Part shown: positions 18,207 to 26,457 of the stretch, piece after piece | Layout of the letters: each line of letters begins with the position of its first letter | Numbering within the stretch: position 1 is the stretch's first letter | DNA from: Actinomycetota bacterium | GTDB lineage: Bacteria; Actinomycetota; Humimicrobiia; Humimicrobiales; Humimicrobiaceae | Assembly (NCBI GenBank): GCA_028717265.1 | Contig: JAQUOE010000002.1 | Location: 36,948 to 100,947, forward strand | Reading direction: 5' to 3' | Length of the DNA: 64,000 nt | The notes under the pieces: model-generated | Told to the model about the DNA's origin: nothing | The model's input: only the letters and a program-made list of their open reading frames with translations | Database searches by the model: none | Program-made: the position numbers and the translations under genes

Positions 18207-19912
18207 TCTAAAGCATTTAATCTGTAAGTACTTAAATTTACCAGTGTATTATATAAAATTATATCAAGTATTAGCTCCAGAGCAATTATAACAGGAAATG
18301 AAATGAGACTCGACCAGTTTAAATAATTCGCCAGATATAATATCCCTATAGCAATACCGGCAAAAATTAATATATATAACAGAAACAACATCAGATTCAA
18401 CATACCTCCGATAAATGATATGTTATTTTTATTAGATGATTGAGATGGCTTAAAGACAGGGAAAAAGGTCCCTACCGAAGTGCCGATTATTGATTCGCCC
18501 CAGCTGAATAAAATTAAAAGGATCAGCCCTAATATAAGATATGATAATCCCGGTTTAAATACGAAATAAAATATGGTCATTATTATAATCCCGCAAAATA
18601 TGGTTAGGATAGAGCTAAAAATTATTTTTGTCCTTAAAATTATTTTTGGCTGTAAAGGCGATACTTTAAGTATCCAGAATTGTAATCCTTCGCTTCCAAT
18701 GTTATTTGCTGAGATATTTGAATTTACGAGGCCTATAATAGCTAATGGTAAAAATAAAAATAGAATTATCTTCAGGGGCAGAAAAAAATTAATTTCTCCG
18801 CTATCATTGATGCTTCTTGAAAAAGACCAGAAAAATAAAAAAGTAAACATGAACATCGGTAAAAAAATATTCAAAAGTCTTCTGGCGTCCCTTAAGAGGA
18901 TTTTAAAATCTTTTAATATAAAATAATTCACTCCGGAAAAAAGCCCGTATCCATACTTCCCCTTCTCATCTGTATTAACTTCTATTTTTATTTTTACTCT
19001 CCTGGATCCTGTCCTTGCAGCGACCTGAGATGAGTTTGACCAGCCTGTATAATATATTCTCTGAGATATGACTATGCAGAGAAATATCAATAAAGCAGAA
19101 ACCGCAGTAATCAAAATAAAATTCAAGCCGAACTCTTTATAGTTACCGTTGTGCAGATAAAATAATGTATTGGATCCCCATGTCGAAGGAAAGAATTTTA
19201 GAAAGGGCTTATCAAAAACAGCTGTGATGTACGCCTTTATATCTTCAATACTCATTGATTTCAATTGCGGTGCCATATTCTCACCAAATCTCGCTATAAG
19301 CTGTGTGGACAGCCATATCAGAAGTCCGAATAATCCTCCTATAAAGGCGAGAATTTCTTTTGCCCTGTTAGGATTGATCAATCTTACCGCTGCCATACCT
19401 GTCAGGACTCCAAGACTGGTTGGAATTGAGACTACGGATATAAAAACAATTATCATCGAAGGATAATAAGCCATTGGCAGCTTTGATGTTATTCCAAAAG
19501 ATATCAAAATCGGCATAATTGCTATAAAAAACAAATAAGAATTTGTAACCAACGCTTCTATATATTTATATATGAAGACAGTTCTATACTTTATTGGAAG
19601 GCTCAGTAATAATTCAAGATCTTTGGATAAATATAAAATATATAGGCTCGTGGCGATACCGGTAAATATTATAAAAATAAAGACGACCAGAAAAATATAG
19701 TCCAGTGCGATATCGAATATCGTATTTGCGAGTCCTGTATCCAATCTATTGTAAATAAAAGTAAAAAATCTGGCTGAGTAATAAAGAATAAGTGAAAAAA
19801 TCGCTATACCCAGGAAAGTACCGATTATTCTTCCGGTCTTTTTTTTAATTTCATCTCTCGTATACCCGAGAAATAATATATTTAGTCTGTTTTTTAATAA
19901 TAAACCAAGCAT
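18194..19912 (-). CDS. ABC-2 family exporter permease (polytopic membrane protein)
   Basis: 572 aa with at least 10 hydrophobic helices, immediately downstream of the ABC ATPase with a 9-nt gap. No enzymatic motifs. Confidence 0.6.
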   Translation of the reverse strand: MLGLLLKNRLNILFLGYTRDEIKKKTGRIIGTFLGIAIFSLILYYSARFFTFIYNRLDTGLANTIFDIALDYIFLVVFIFIIFTGIATSLYILYLSKDLELLLSLPIKYRTVFIYKYIEALVTNSYLFFIAIMPILISFGITSKLPMAYYPSMIIVFISVVSIPTSLGVLTGMAAVRLINPNRAKEILAFIGGLFGLLIWLSTQLIARFGENMAPQLKSMSIEDIKAYITAVFDKPFLKFFPSTWGSNTLFYLHNGNYKEFGLNFILITAVSALLIFLCIVISQRIYYTGWSNSSQVAARTGSRRVKIKIEVNTDEKGKYGYGLFSGVNYFILKDFKILLRDARRLLNIFLPMFMFTFLFFWSFSRSINDSGEINFFLPLKIILFLFLPLAIIGLVNSNISANNIGSEGLQFWILKVSPLQPKIILRTKIIFSSILTIFCGIIIMTIFYFVFKPGLSYLILGLILLILFSWGESIIGTSVGTFFPVFKPSQSSNKNNISFIGGMLNLMLFLLYILIFAGIAIGILYLANYLNWSSLISFPVIIALELILDIILYNTLVNLSTYRLNALEWKY

Positions 19913-19920
19913 ATAATGAG

Positions 19921-20724
19921 TTAAGTCAGAGATTTGATAATATCTATATCCTCTTCTTCCCCGGTCAACTGTAAAAATATTTCTTCCAGATTACCTTCCT
20001 TTTCTTTCGAGACTTTTCTCAATTCATCCATATTCCCAACAGCTATAAGTTCACCTTTATTGATGATGCCAACTCTGTCACATATCCTCTCAGCAATTTC
20101 CAGTATATGGGTGGACATAAAAATACAGACTCCCGATCTTGCCCTGAATTTCATTATGTCTTTTATTACTCTGGCACTCCTGGGATCAAGTCCTACTGTC
20201 GGCTCATCAAAAAACAATACTTTAGGAGAATGGATCAAGGCCCCGGCTATGGCCATTTTTTGCTTCATTCCGTGAGAATAACTCTGGATCAGTTCATCTC
20301 CTCTCCCGGTAAGATCAAAAACTTTTAAAAGTTCCTTTATCTTTTCCTCTATTTCTTTTCTATCCACTGTAAATATGTTTCCCATAAACCTCAAAAATTC
20401 TATTCCTGTCAGCTTCTCGTAAATCAGGGGTTCCTCCGGTATAAGTCCGAAATTTTTCTTTGCTCCAAGTGGATCTTCCTGTATATCGTTGCCTGTGATT
20501 TTAACGGTACCTGCTGTTGGTTTAAGCAGTCCGGTCATCAATTTTATCGTTGTAGTCTTCCCTGCTCCATTTGGACCTAAAAAGCCAAAAATCTCGCCGC
20601 TTTTGATTTTCAAATTCAAATTATTTACAGCAGCCAGACTTCCATATTTTTTTGTCAGACTAAAAGTCTCTATCGCAATTGAATTATCAGACATAGCCAA
20701 AACACCCTGCTCCTCATTGGTCAT
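19921..20724 (-). CDS. ABC transporter ATP-binding protein (ABC-2/DrrA-like)
   Basis: Walker A GPNGAGKTT, a degenerate signature YSHGMKQKMAIAG, and Walker B LFFDEPTVGLD. Confidence 0.9.
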   Translation of the reverse strand: MTNEEQGVLAMSDNSIAIETFSLTKKYGSLAAVNNLNLKIKSGEIFGFLGPNGAGKTTTIKLMTGLLKPTAGTVKITGNDIQEDPLGAKKNFGLIPEEPLIYEKLTGIEFLRFMGNIFTVDRKEIEEKIKELLKVFDLTGRGDELIQSYSHGMKQKMAIAGALIHSPKVLFFDEPTVGLDPRSARVIKDIMKFRARSGVCIFMSTHILEIAERICDRVGIINKGELIAVGNMDELRKVSKEKEGNLEEIFLQLTGEEEDIDIIKSLT

Positions 20725-20854
20725 GCTTTATTATTATTTTTTTAAACAACTCCCTGTACAAATATCATATCAGTGCTCAGCATACTTCCAACATATTCTA
20801 TGCCTTTACCGGTAAGTGCACCTTTAAAAGATTTTTTAACCTTTTACAATAATC

Positions 20855-20928
<74 letters not shown>

Positions 20929-21031
20929 TTTTAAAACAATAGAAAAATATTATAAGATAATTTTATTTAAAAGTTAAGAAATCTTTTCCCCTGGTAGGAA
21001 TTTAAAAGATTAAATATAAGATTCAACCTTA

Positions 21032-22048
21032 CTAAAATATTCCTTCTATCTTATGGCCACAATTGTAACAGGAACCTTTTTTTATTTTATTACCGGAGAC
21101 TGAAAATCCCGTTCTTTCTATAAGTGTATTGTTGCAGTTGGGGCAAATAGTATTTTCATGTTTGCTTCCAGGAATATTTCCTCCATAGACGTATTTTAAT
21201 CCTGCATTTTTACCTGTATCGACTGCAGTTTTAATTTTTTCTGCATCGGTTGGAGGAATATCAGACTTATATTGAGGATAATAAGCGCTCAGATGCCAGG
21301 GTATATTTTCATCGATTCCAGCCAGGAATTCTGCTATGTTTTTTAACTCATCTATGGAATCATTGATCCCCGGAATTATAAGTGTAGTTACTTCTACCCA
21401 GATACCCAGTTTCTTCATAAGGGCAATATTATTGAGAATAGGTTTCAGCTTTCCTCCGATTTTCTCTTTATATGTATCTTCCGAAAAACTTTTCAAATCC
21501 ACATTTACCGCATCAAGGTAAGGTTTTATCATCATGATACATTCTTCAGTCATGAAACCGTTGGTAACAAAGATATTTTTTAATCCTTTTTCATTTGCCA
21601 GTTTAGCAGTGTCATAAGCATACTCAAAATAAATTGTAGGTTCCGTATAAGTATACGATATACTTTTATCTCCGTTTGTAAGAGCATGATTTACCAGCTC
21701 TTCCGGAGAAACATCTTTTCCCTCTATAATATCAAAATCAGATGGTGTCTGTGAAATATTGAAATTCTGGCAGAAAAAACATTTAAAGTTACATCCGACT
21801 GTTGCTATAGACAAGGAATAAGTACCGGGTAAAAAATGAAACAGTGGTTTTTTCTCGATTGGATCAGAGTTTTCAGCGATTAACCTTCTGTATACAAGAG
21901 AATACAGGACCCCATCGATGTTCTTCCTGACACAGCATTTTCCCTTCTCCTGATCTTCTATAAGGCACCTATGATTGCAAAGATCACATCTTACTTTTTT
22001 ATCATCAAGCTTTTTATATAAATATGCTTCTTTCATGTTCATTATCAA
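21032..22048 (-). CDS. AmmeMemoRadiSam-system radical SAM enzyme (PFL-activase-like)
   Basis: N-terminal CDLCNHRCLIEDQEKGKCCVRKN accessory Cys motif, DPIEKKPLFHFLPGT, and GCNFKCFFCQN (CxxxCxxC); these are hallmarks of the TIGR04337-type family. C-terminal Cys pairs CPNC...CYNC. Confidence 0.75.
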   Translation of the reverse strand: MIMNMKEAYLYKKLDDKKVRCDLCNHRCLIEDQEKGKCCVRKNIDGVLYSLVYRRLIAENSDPIEKKPLFHFLPGTYSLSIATVGCNFKCFFCQNFNISQTPSDFDIIEGKDVSPEELVNHALTNGDKSISYTYTEPTIYFEYAYDTAKLANEKGLKNIFVTNGFMTEECIMMIKPYLDAVNVDLKSFSEDTYKEKIGGKLKPILNNIALMKKLGIWVEVTTLIIPGINDSIDELKNIAEFLAGIDENIPWHLSAYYPQYKSDIPPTDAEKIKTAVDTGKNAGLKYVYGGNIPGSKHENTICPNCNNTLIERTGFSVSGNKIKKGSCYNCGHKIEGIF

Positions 22049-22235
22049 TGATATTCATAAAGTTATTATAATTATATTTCATTTATCTTTAATGTATACT
22101 TTTATTATTTATAAATATCGGAATATAAAAAGGATATTTAATAATATGCCTCATATAATAATTAAATTATGACCCGGAAGATCAAATGACCAGAAAAAAC
22201 CCGTGAATTTTCTGGAAGAGTTTGTATCTAAACTG

Positions 22236-22253
22236 ATGTCGGAAGGGGGACTT
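22236..22253 (-). repeat. 18-nt direct duplicate of the tRNA-Leu(GAG) T-loop to 3' end (att-like scar or partial tRNA duplication)
   Basis: Minus-strand CAAGUCCCCCUUCCGACA at 22253-22236 is identical to the tRNA-Leu segment at 22418-22401 (T-loop, T-stem, 3' acceptor strand and discriminator), 147 bp away, in direct orientation, with no tRNA 5' half. Confidence 0.5.
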
Positions 22254-22330
22254 GTTCTTTCGTCTCGCTTCGCTCGCTGCAGAGACGCGGACTCCTTCGT
22301 TTACACTCAGTCCGTCCCTTCAAGTCCCTG

Positions 22331-22357
22331 AAAACATGCACTTCTGGCATGTTTTTA
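22331..22357. terminator. Hairpin terminator just downstream of tRNA-Leu(GAG) (bidirectional-looking)
   Basis: AAAACATGC-ACTTCTG-GCATGTTTT forms a 9-bp stem. On the plus strand it is followed by TTTATTTGTTT; on the minus strand it is preceded by an A tract and followed by UUUUC. Confidence 0.45.
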
Positions 22358-22398
22358 TTTGTTTAACTTTACTGTTTAACCATACTTTCTAAATTTAC

Positions 22399-22487
22399 TG
22401 GTGTCGGAAGGGGGACTTGAACCCCCATGAACTAAATCGTTCACAAGGCCCTCAACCTTGCGCGTCTACCAGTTCCGCCATTCCGAC
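22399..22487 (-). tRNA. tRNA-Leu (GAG)
   Basis: Reverse complement is GUCGGAAUGGCGGAACUGGUAGACGCGCAAGGUUGAGGGCCUUGUGAACGAUUUAGUUCAUGGGGGUUCAAGUCCCCCUUCCGACACCA. Type II tRNA with a long variable arm, anticodon loop UUGAGGG, encoded CCA. Confidence 0.85.
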
Positions 22488-22532
22488 ACATATTAATTAA
22501 ATTAAATGAAATGCATGATTTGGAACTTACTA

Positions 22533-22561
22533 ATTTTAGGAACAATATTTATTATTGTCAA
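22533..22561 (-). promoter_or_regulatory. Candidate promoter for tRNA-Leu(GAG)
   Basis: Minus strand has TTGACA, a 17-nt spacer, then TAAAAT, about 45 nt upstream of the tRNA 5' end. Confidence 0.35.
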
Positions 22562-22616
22562 TAAACTATTACAACACTATGGGCATTCTCATGGAGGATA
22601 TTATTACTTTTATAAT

Positions 22617-24353
22617 CTATTTTTCTTTTGGTTTTAAGCAAATAGCAAGATGCTCCAGCAGGCTCCCGGGCTTAACCAGTAAATCAAAATCTTCATTTTC
22701 TTCCAGGCTTTCCATTAAATCCAGATCTACCGGGATATTTAATAAATCGATATCCCCATCTCTCAACATACCCACCAGATTATTAATATCAACATCGAAT
22801 ATTACACTGATAGAATCTATTTCTGATGCTTTTTCGGAATTTTTTACGGAATAAAATTCATTTTTAACCAGTGTCAGATATTTTCTTTCCTTATAATCTT
22901 CTATTTTATAAGGACCATTCGCAATAATATCATTAGGAGATAAATCACTTATATTTTTTTCATCCAGTGATCCTTTCTTTAATACCAGCTGGAATAATTT
23001 CTTCCAATTATTTATATATTCTTTAAAAATTATTTTGAACTCTTTTTCGTTTATTACTTCAATTGCTTTTAATTTTGAGTAATCTTCATCAATATCCAAA
23101 TCCTCATTTCCCAGAATTGATTCATAAGTATATTTGACATCTTCCGATGTTATGGGGTCCCCGTCCTCCCAGAAAATTTCATCTTTTAGCGTGACATCGA
23201 TCTCAAGATCCGTTGTTTCATTTGCGTTCTCATAGGAATAATCATTTTCTTCCACAAGAACTGCCTCGCATTCTCCTTTTTCATTGATTTGCCATAATCC
23301 CTTCATTACAAGACTACTGATATAATCCTGATCGAATGGACCCGAGAACTCATAATCTTCACCTTCATACCCAATAATGATTTCATTTTTACCATTCTCA
23401 TCCGAATTTTCCTTATTTGATAAAATCCAGTTTTCTATGTTAAAAAAGATTTTATTATTTTTTATATCGATATCGATTTTTTTTAATTTCTTATTGTTAT
23501 ATGCTACTGAAAATAACCTGCTGTACAGTGGCAGAACCACGGCATCCTGGACCAGCAGATCCTGTAAATTCCGGAGTAGATCTTTTTTTACTTCGGGATC
23601 ATTTTCTTCTTTAATTTTCTTTAAAATTTCATCGGCATTTAAATTTTCATACCAATAGAAATTTTCACAATTCTTATTTTCCTCTGTCTTCAATGGGGGT
23701 ATTTTTCCGGAATCGAAGTTATAGAACAGGCTGCTCCCATCGAAATTATAAATCGACCATATACCAAGTTCATAATCCCCTTTTTCAACGTAATCCTGAT
23801 ACCATTCTTTTGAAGGCTTATTGAATATCCATAATTCTATCCCTATTTTTTCCAGATCTTCTATAATCATCTCTTCTATTACCTGCCTGGCGTTATTATC
23901 ACTTACGGAACCTATGGTAATATACAGTGGATTATCCACGCCGTAACCTGCCTTGCTTAAAAATTCTTTTGCTTTATTTATATCATAATCATATTCTGAC
24001 CATGCCGGATAATAATAATAGGAATCTTTTGAAAACAAGCTATCCAGTACCTCGCCATATTCCCCGAGCAGCTCGTCTACGATTTTTTCTCTGTCTATGG
24101 CATAAAATATTGCTTTCCTTACATTAATATCATCCAGGGGATTCTTATTCTTTTGTTTTTCTTTTAATTCAAGGAAAAATTCTCTACTGCTGACATCCGG
24201 ATTATCGGTATCATCTTTTTCATTGACGCTCCCTGTTTCATCGTCTATGGTAACTAATCCCAGATTGTTATATTCACATGAACACAGGAAAATATTCGTA
24301 AACATCAATATCAATGTAAAAGCAAATATCATTATTTTTTTTGGTTTATTCAT
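22617..24353 (-). CDS. Family-5 (Opp/Dpp-type) substrate-binding lipoprotein with apparently circularly permuted domain order
   Basis: Start moved to MNKPKKIMIFAFTLILMFTNIFLCSCE (a signal or lipoprotein sequence with AGGTG 6 nt upstream) instead of the track start at 24407. The first half carries segments that normally lie in the C-terminal half of OppA/DppA (NVRKAIFYAIDREKIVDEL; GIWSIYNFDGS; DPEVKKDLLRNLQDLLVQDAVVLPLYS). The second half carries segments that are normally N-terminal (LEIDVTLKDEIFWEDGDPITSEDVKYTYESIL; NGPYKIEDYKERKYLTLVKNEFY; ...LLVKPGSLLEHLAIC). Confidence 0.7.
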   Translation of the reverse strand: MNKPKKIMIFAFTLILMFTNIFLCSCEYNNLGLVTIDDETGSVNEKDDTDNPDVSSREFFLELKEKQKNKNPLDDINVRKAIFYAIDREKIVDELLGEYGEVLDSLFSKDSYYYYPAWSEYDYDINKAKEFLSKAGYGVDNPLYITIGSVSDNNARQVIEEMIIEDLEKIGIELWIFNKPSKEWYQDYVEKGDYELGIWSIYNFDGSSLFYNFDSGKIPPLKTEENKNCENFYWYENLNADEILKKIKEENDPEVKKDLLRNLQDLLVQDAVVLPLYSRLFSVAYNNKKLKKIDIDIKNNKIFFNIENWILSNKENSDENGKNEIIIGYEGEDYEFSGPFDQDYISSLVMKGLWQINEKGECEAVLVEENDYSYENANETTDLEIDVTLKDEIFWEDGDPITSEDVKYTYESILGNEDLDIDEDYSKLKAIEVINEKEFKIIFKEYINNWKKLFQLVLKKGSLDEKNISDLSPNDIIANGPYKIEDYKERKYLTLVKNEFYSVKNSEKASEIDSISVIFDVDINNLVGMLRDGDIDLLNIPVDLDLMESLEENEDFDLLVKPGSLLEHLAICLKPKEK

Positions 24354-24376
24354 ATGTACACCTGTAAATTTATTAT

Positions 24377-25378
24377 TTAGACTATGGGTTTTCCTGCAAA
24401 AAAGCATGCAGCAAGATGTTCATTTCCATTTTTTGAGTAATCCCTTAATTCCGGTTCTTCCATACTGCAAATATCCTGTGCATTCGGACATCTGGTATGA
24501 AAACTGCATCCGGATGGAGGATTAATGGGACTTGGGACGTCCCCTTCCAAAACAATTCTCTTCCTTTTTCTTTCCAGTTCGGGATCAGGAATAGGAATCG
24601 CAGATAATAAACCCATTGTATAGGGATGAAGCGGTGTTTTATATAAATCTTCACTTTTTGCAACTTCGACCATTTTCCCGAGATACATTACACCTATCCT
24701 GTCGCTTACATGTTTTACTACGGAAAGGTCATGGGCAATGAAAAGATAAGTGAGATTAAATTCTTTCTGAAGATCTGTTAGTAAATTCAAAATCTGTGCC
24801 TGTACCGATACATCCAGAGCTGACACGGGTTCGTCGCATAAAAGTAACTTTGGAGTCAGAGCCAGAGCCCTTGCCACTCCAACTCTCTGTCTCTGCCCGC
24901 CGCTGAATTCATGCGGATATCTGTGTATATGTTCAGGATTAAGTCCTACCACTCTTAATAATTCTTTTACTTTTTTTATCCTTTTTCTTTTATCACCTAT
25001 TTTATGGATTTCAAACGGTTCATTTATAATATCGCCAACCGTCATCCTTGGAGAAAGCGATGCGTAAGGATCCTGAAAGATCACCTGGATTTCTCTTCTT
25101 ATTTTGAACATTTCTTTGCTATTTAATTTGAATAGATTCACTCCGTTGTATGTTGCTTCCCCGCTGGTCTGCGGTACAAGCCTTAATATTACCTTTGCCA
25201 CAGTGGTCTTACCGCAGCCTGTTTCACCTACAAGTCCAAAAGTCTCGCCTCTTTTGATAAAAAAACTTATATCATCCACAGCTTTTACGGAACCCGTAAA
25301 TTTTTGAAACAAAAACCCGCTTCTTAGATTAAAATATTTTTTTAAATTTTTGACTTCCAGTAATTTATTATTTTCCAT
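24377..25378 (-). CDS. oppF: Oligopeptide ABC transporter ATP-binding protein (OppF-like)
   Basis: Walker A GETGCGKTT, signature FSGGQRQRVGVARAL, Walker B. Opp-type C-terminal extension with a Cys cluster CSFHTRCPNAQDIC...AACFF. Confidence 0.85.
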   Translation of the reverse strand: MENNKLLEVKNLKKYFNLRSGFLFQKFTGSVKAVDDISFFIKRGETFGLVGETGCGKTTVAKVILRLVPQTSGEATYNGVNLFKLNSKEMFKIRREIQVIFQDPYASLSPRMTVGDIINEPFEIHKIGDKRKRIKKVKELLRVVGLNPEHIHRYPHEFSGGQRQRVGVARALALTPKLLLCDEPVSALDVSVQAQILNLLTDLQKEFNLTYLFIAHDLSVVKHVSDRIGVMYLGKMVEVAKSEDLYKTPLHPYTMGLLSAIPIPDPELERKRKRIVLEGDVPSPINPPSGCSFHTRCPNAQDICSMEEPELRDYSKNGNEHLAACFFAGKPIV

Positions 25379-25380
25379 AT

Positions 25381-26400
25381 TTAATTATCAAATCTTTCAA
25401 TTATTCCTTCCATGAATTCCTTCCCCCTGTAGCATGATACAAAATGGTCTTTTTCTATTTCTTTCAGGGGTGGATATTCTCCTTTGCACTCATCGCATGC
25501 ATATTTGCATCTTGCTCTGAAAATACAGAATTTTGGTAAATCTATCAAACTGGGAGGCAAACCTTCAATTGGTTTTAATTTCCCTCTTTTTTCTTCATCC
25601 AGCCTGGTCACTGATTTCATAAGCCCGATCGTATATGGGTGCGCCGGTTTATAAAATATATTATCTACGCTTGAAAATTCGACAGGTTTACCTGCGTACA
25701 TTACCATTACTCTATTTGCATACTTTGCGACCACACCAAGATCATGTGTTATTATTATTATCGAAGAATTTGTTTTATATTTAAGCTCATCCATTAACTC
25801 CAATATTTGAGCCTGAACAGTTACATCAAGTGCAGTTGTCGGTTCATCAGCTATAAGAATACTGGGGCTATTTGCAATTGCCATGGCAATCATGACTCTT
25901 TGCCTCATTCCTCCACTGAACTCGTGCGGGTAGTTATTGAACCTTCTTTTGAATTCAGGTATTCCCACCATTTCGAGAAGTTTCAAACCTTCCCTTCTGG
26001 CTTCATCTTTTTTTAATTTTCTATGCACAATCAGGGATTCCATAACCTGATTGCCTACCGTATAAACAGGATTTAAAGAAGTCATCGGATCCTGGAAAAT
26101 CATTGAAATTTTATTACCTCTGAGATTCTGGAGATCTTTTTGCCCCAGTTTTAACAAATCCCTGCCCTCAAAGATTATTTCACCAGCGACAATTCTTCCC
26201 AGCGGTTGTGGAATCAATCTCAATATCGAAAGAGCGGTTACACTTTTACCGCATCCGGTCTCGCCTACGATGCCCAGAGTTTCGCCTTTTTTAAGATCGA
26301 AACTGACATCATCGACTGCTTTAACCACACCGTCATCAGTATAAAAATATGTACTTAAATTTTTGACTTCTAAAATTTTATTGTTTTCTGTCTCTGTCAT
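25381..26400 (-). CDS. oppD: Oligopeptide ABC transporter ATP-binding protein (OppD-like)
   Basis: Walker A GETGCGKSV, signature FSGGMRQRVMIAMAI, Walker B. C-terminal Cys cluster CIFRARCKYACDEC...SCY. Confidence 0.85.
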   Translation of the reverse strand: MTETENNKILEVKNLSTYFYTDDGVVKAVDDVSFDLKKGETLGIVGETGCGKSVTALSILRLIPQPLGRIVAGEIIFEGRDLLKLGQKDLQNLRGNKISMIFQDPMTSLNPVYTVGNQVMESLIVHRKLKKDEARREGLKLLEMVGIPEFKRRFNNYPHEFSGGMRQRVMIAMAIANSPSILIADEPTTALDVTVQAQILELMDELKYKTNSSIIIITHDLGVVAKYANRVMVMYAGKPVEFSSVDNIFYKPAHPYTIGLMKSVTRLDEEKRGKLKPIEGLPPSLIDLPKFCIFRARCKYACDECKGEYPPLKEIEKDHFVSCYRGKEFMEGIIERFDN

Positions 26401-26457
26401 ATTGCAAAAATAATTTAATAAAAATCTACAATTTCAAATTAATTATCTACTAATGAA

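Noticed and set aside
22160-22215. Two tandem mini-ORFs, ATGACCCGGAAGATCAAATGA and ATGACCAGAAAAAACCCGTGA (MTRKIK and MTRKNP)
   Set aside because: Each is only 6 codons, with no Shine-Dalgarno, and lies in AT-rich spacer. Most likely chance, although a leader-peptide role cannot be excluded.
22236-22330. Possibility that the tRNA-Leu 3'-end duplicate is a second tRNA or a tRNA pseudogene
   Set aside because: There is no complementary 5' acceptor strand (GUCGGAA), D-arm or anticodon arm upstream on that strand. Only the 18-nt 3' segment is present.
24354-24407. 18-codon N-terminal extension of the permuted substrate-binding-protein ORF that overlaps oppF
   Set aside because: The extension (MLFCRKTHSLNNKFTGVH) precedes a perfect signal peptide start (MNKPKK...) that has an AGGTG Shine-Dalgarno. 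The extension would overlap oppF by 31 nt in another frame.
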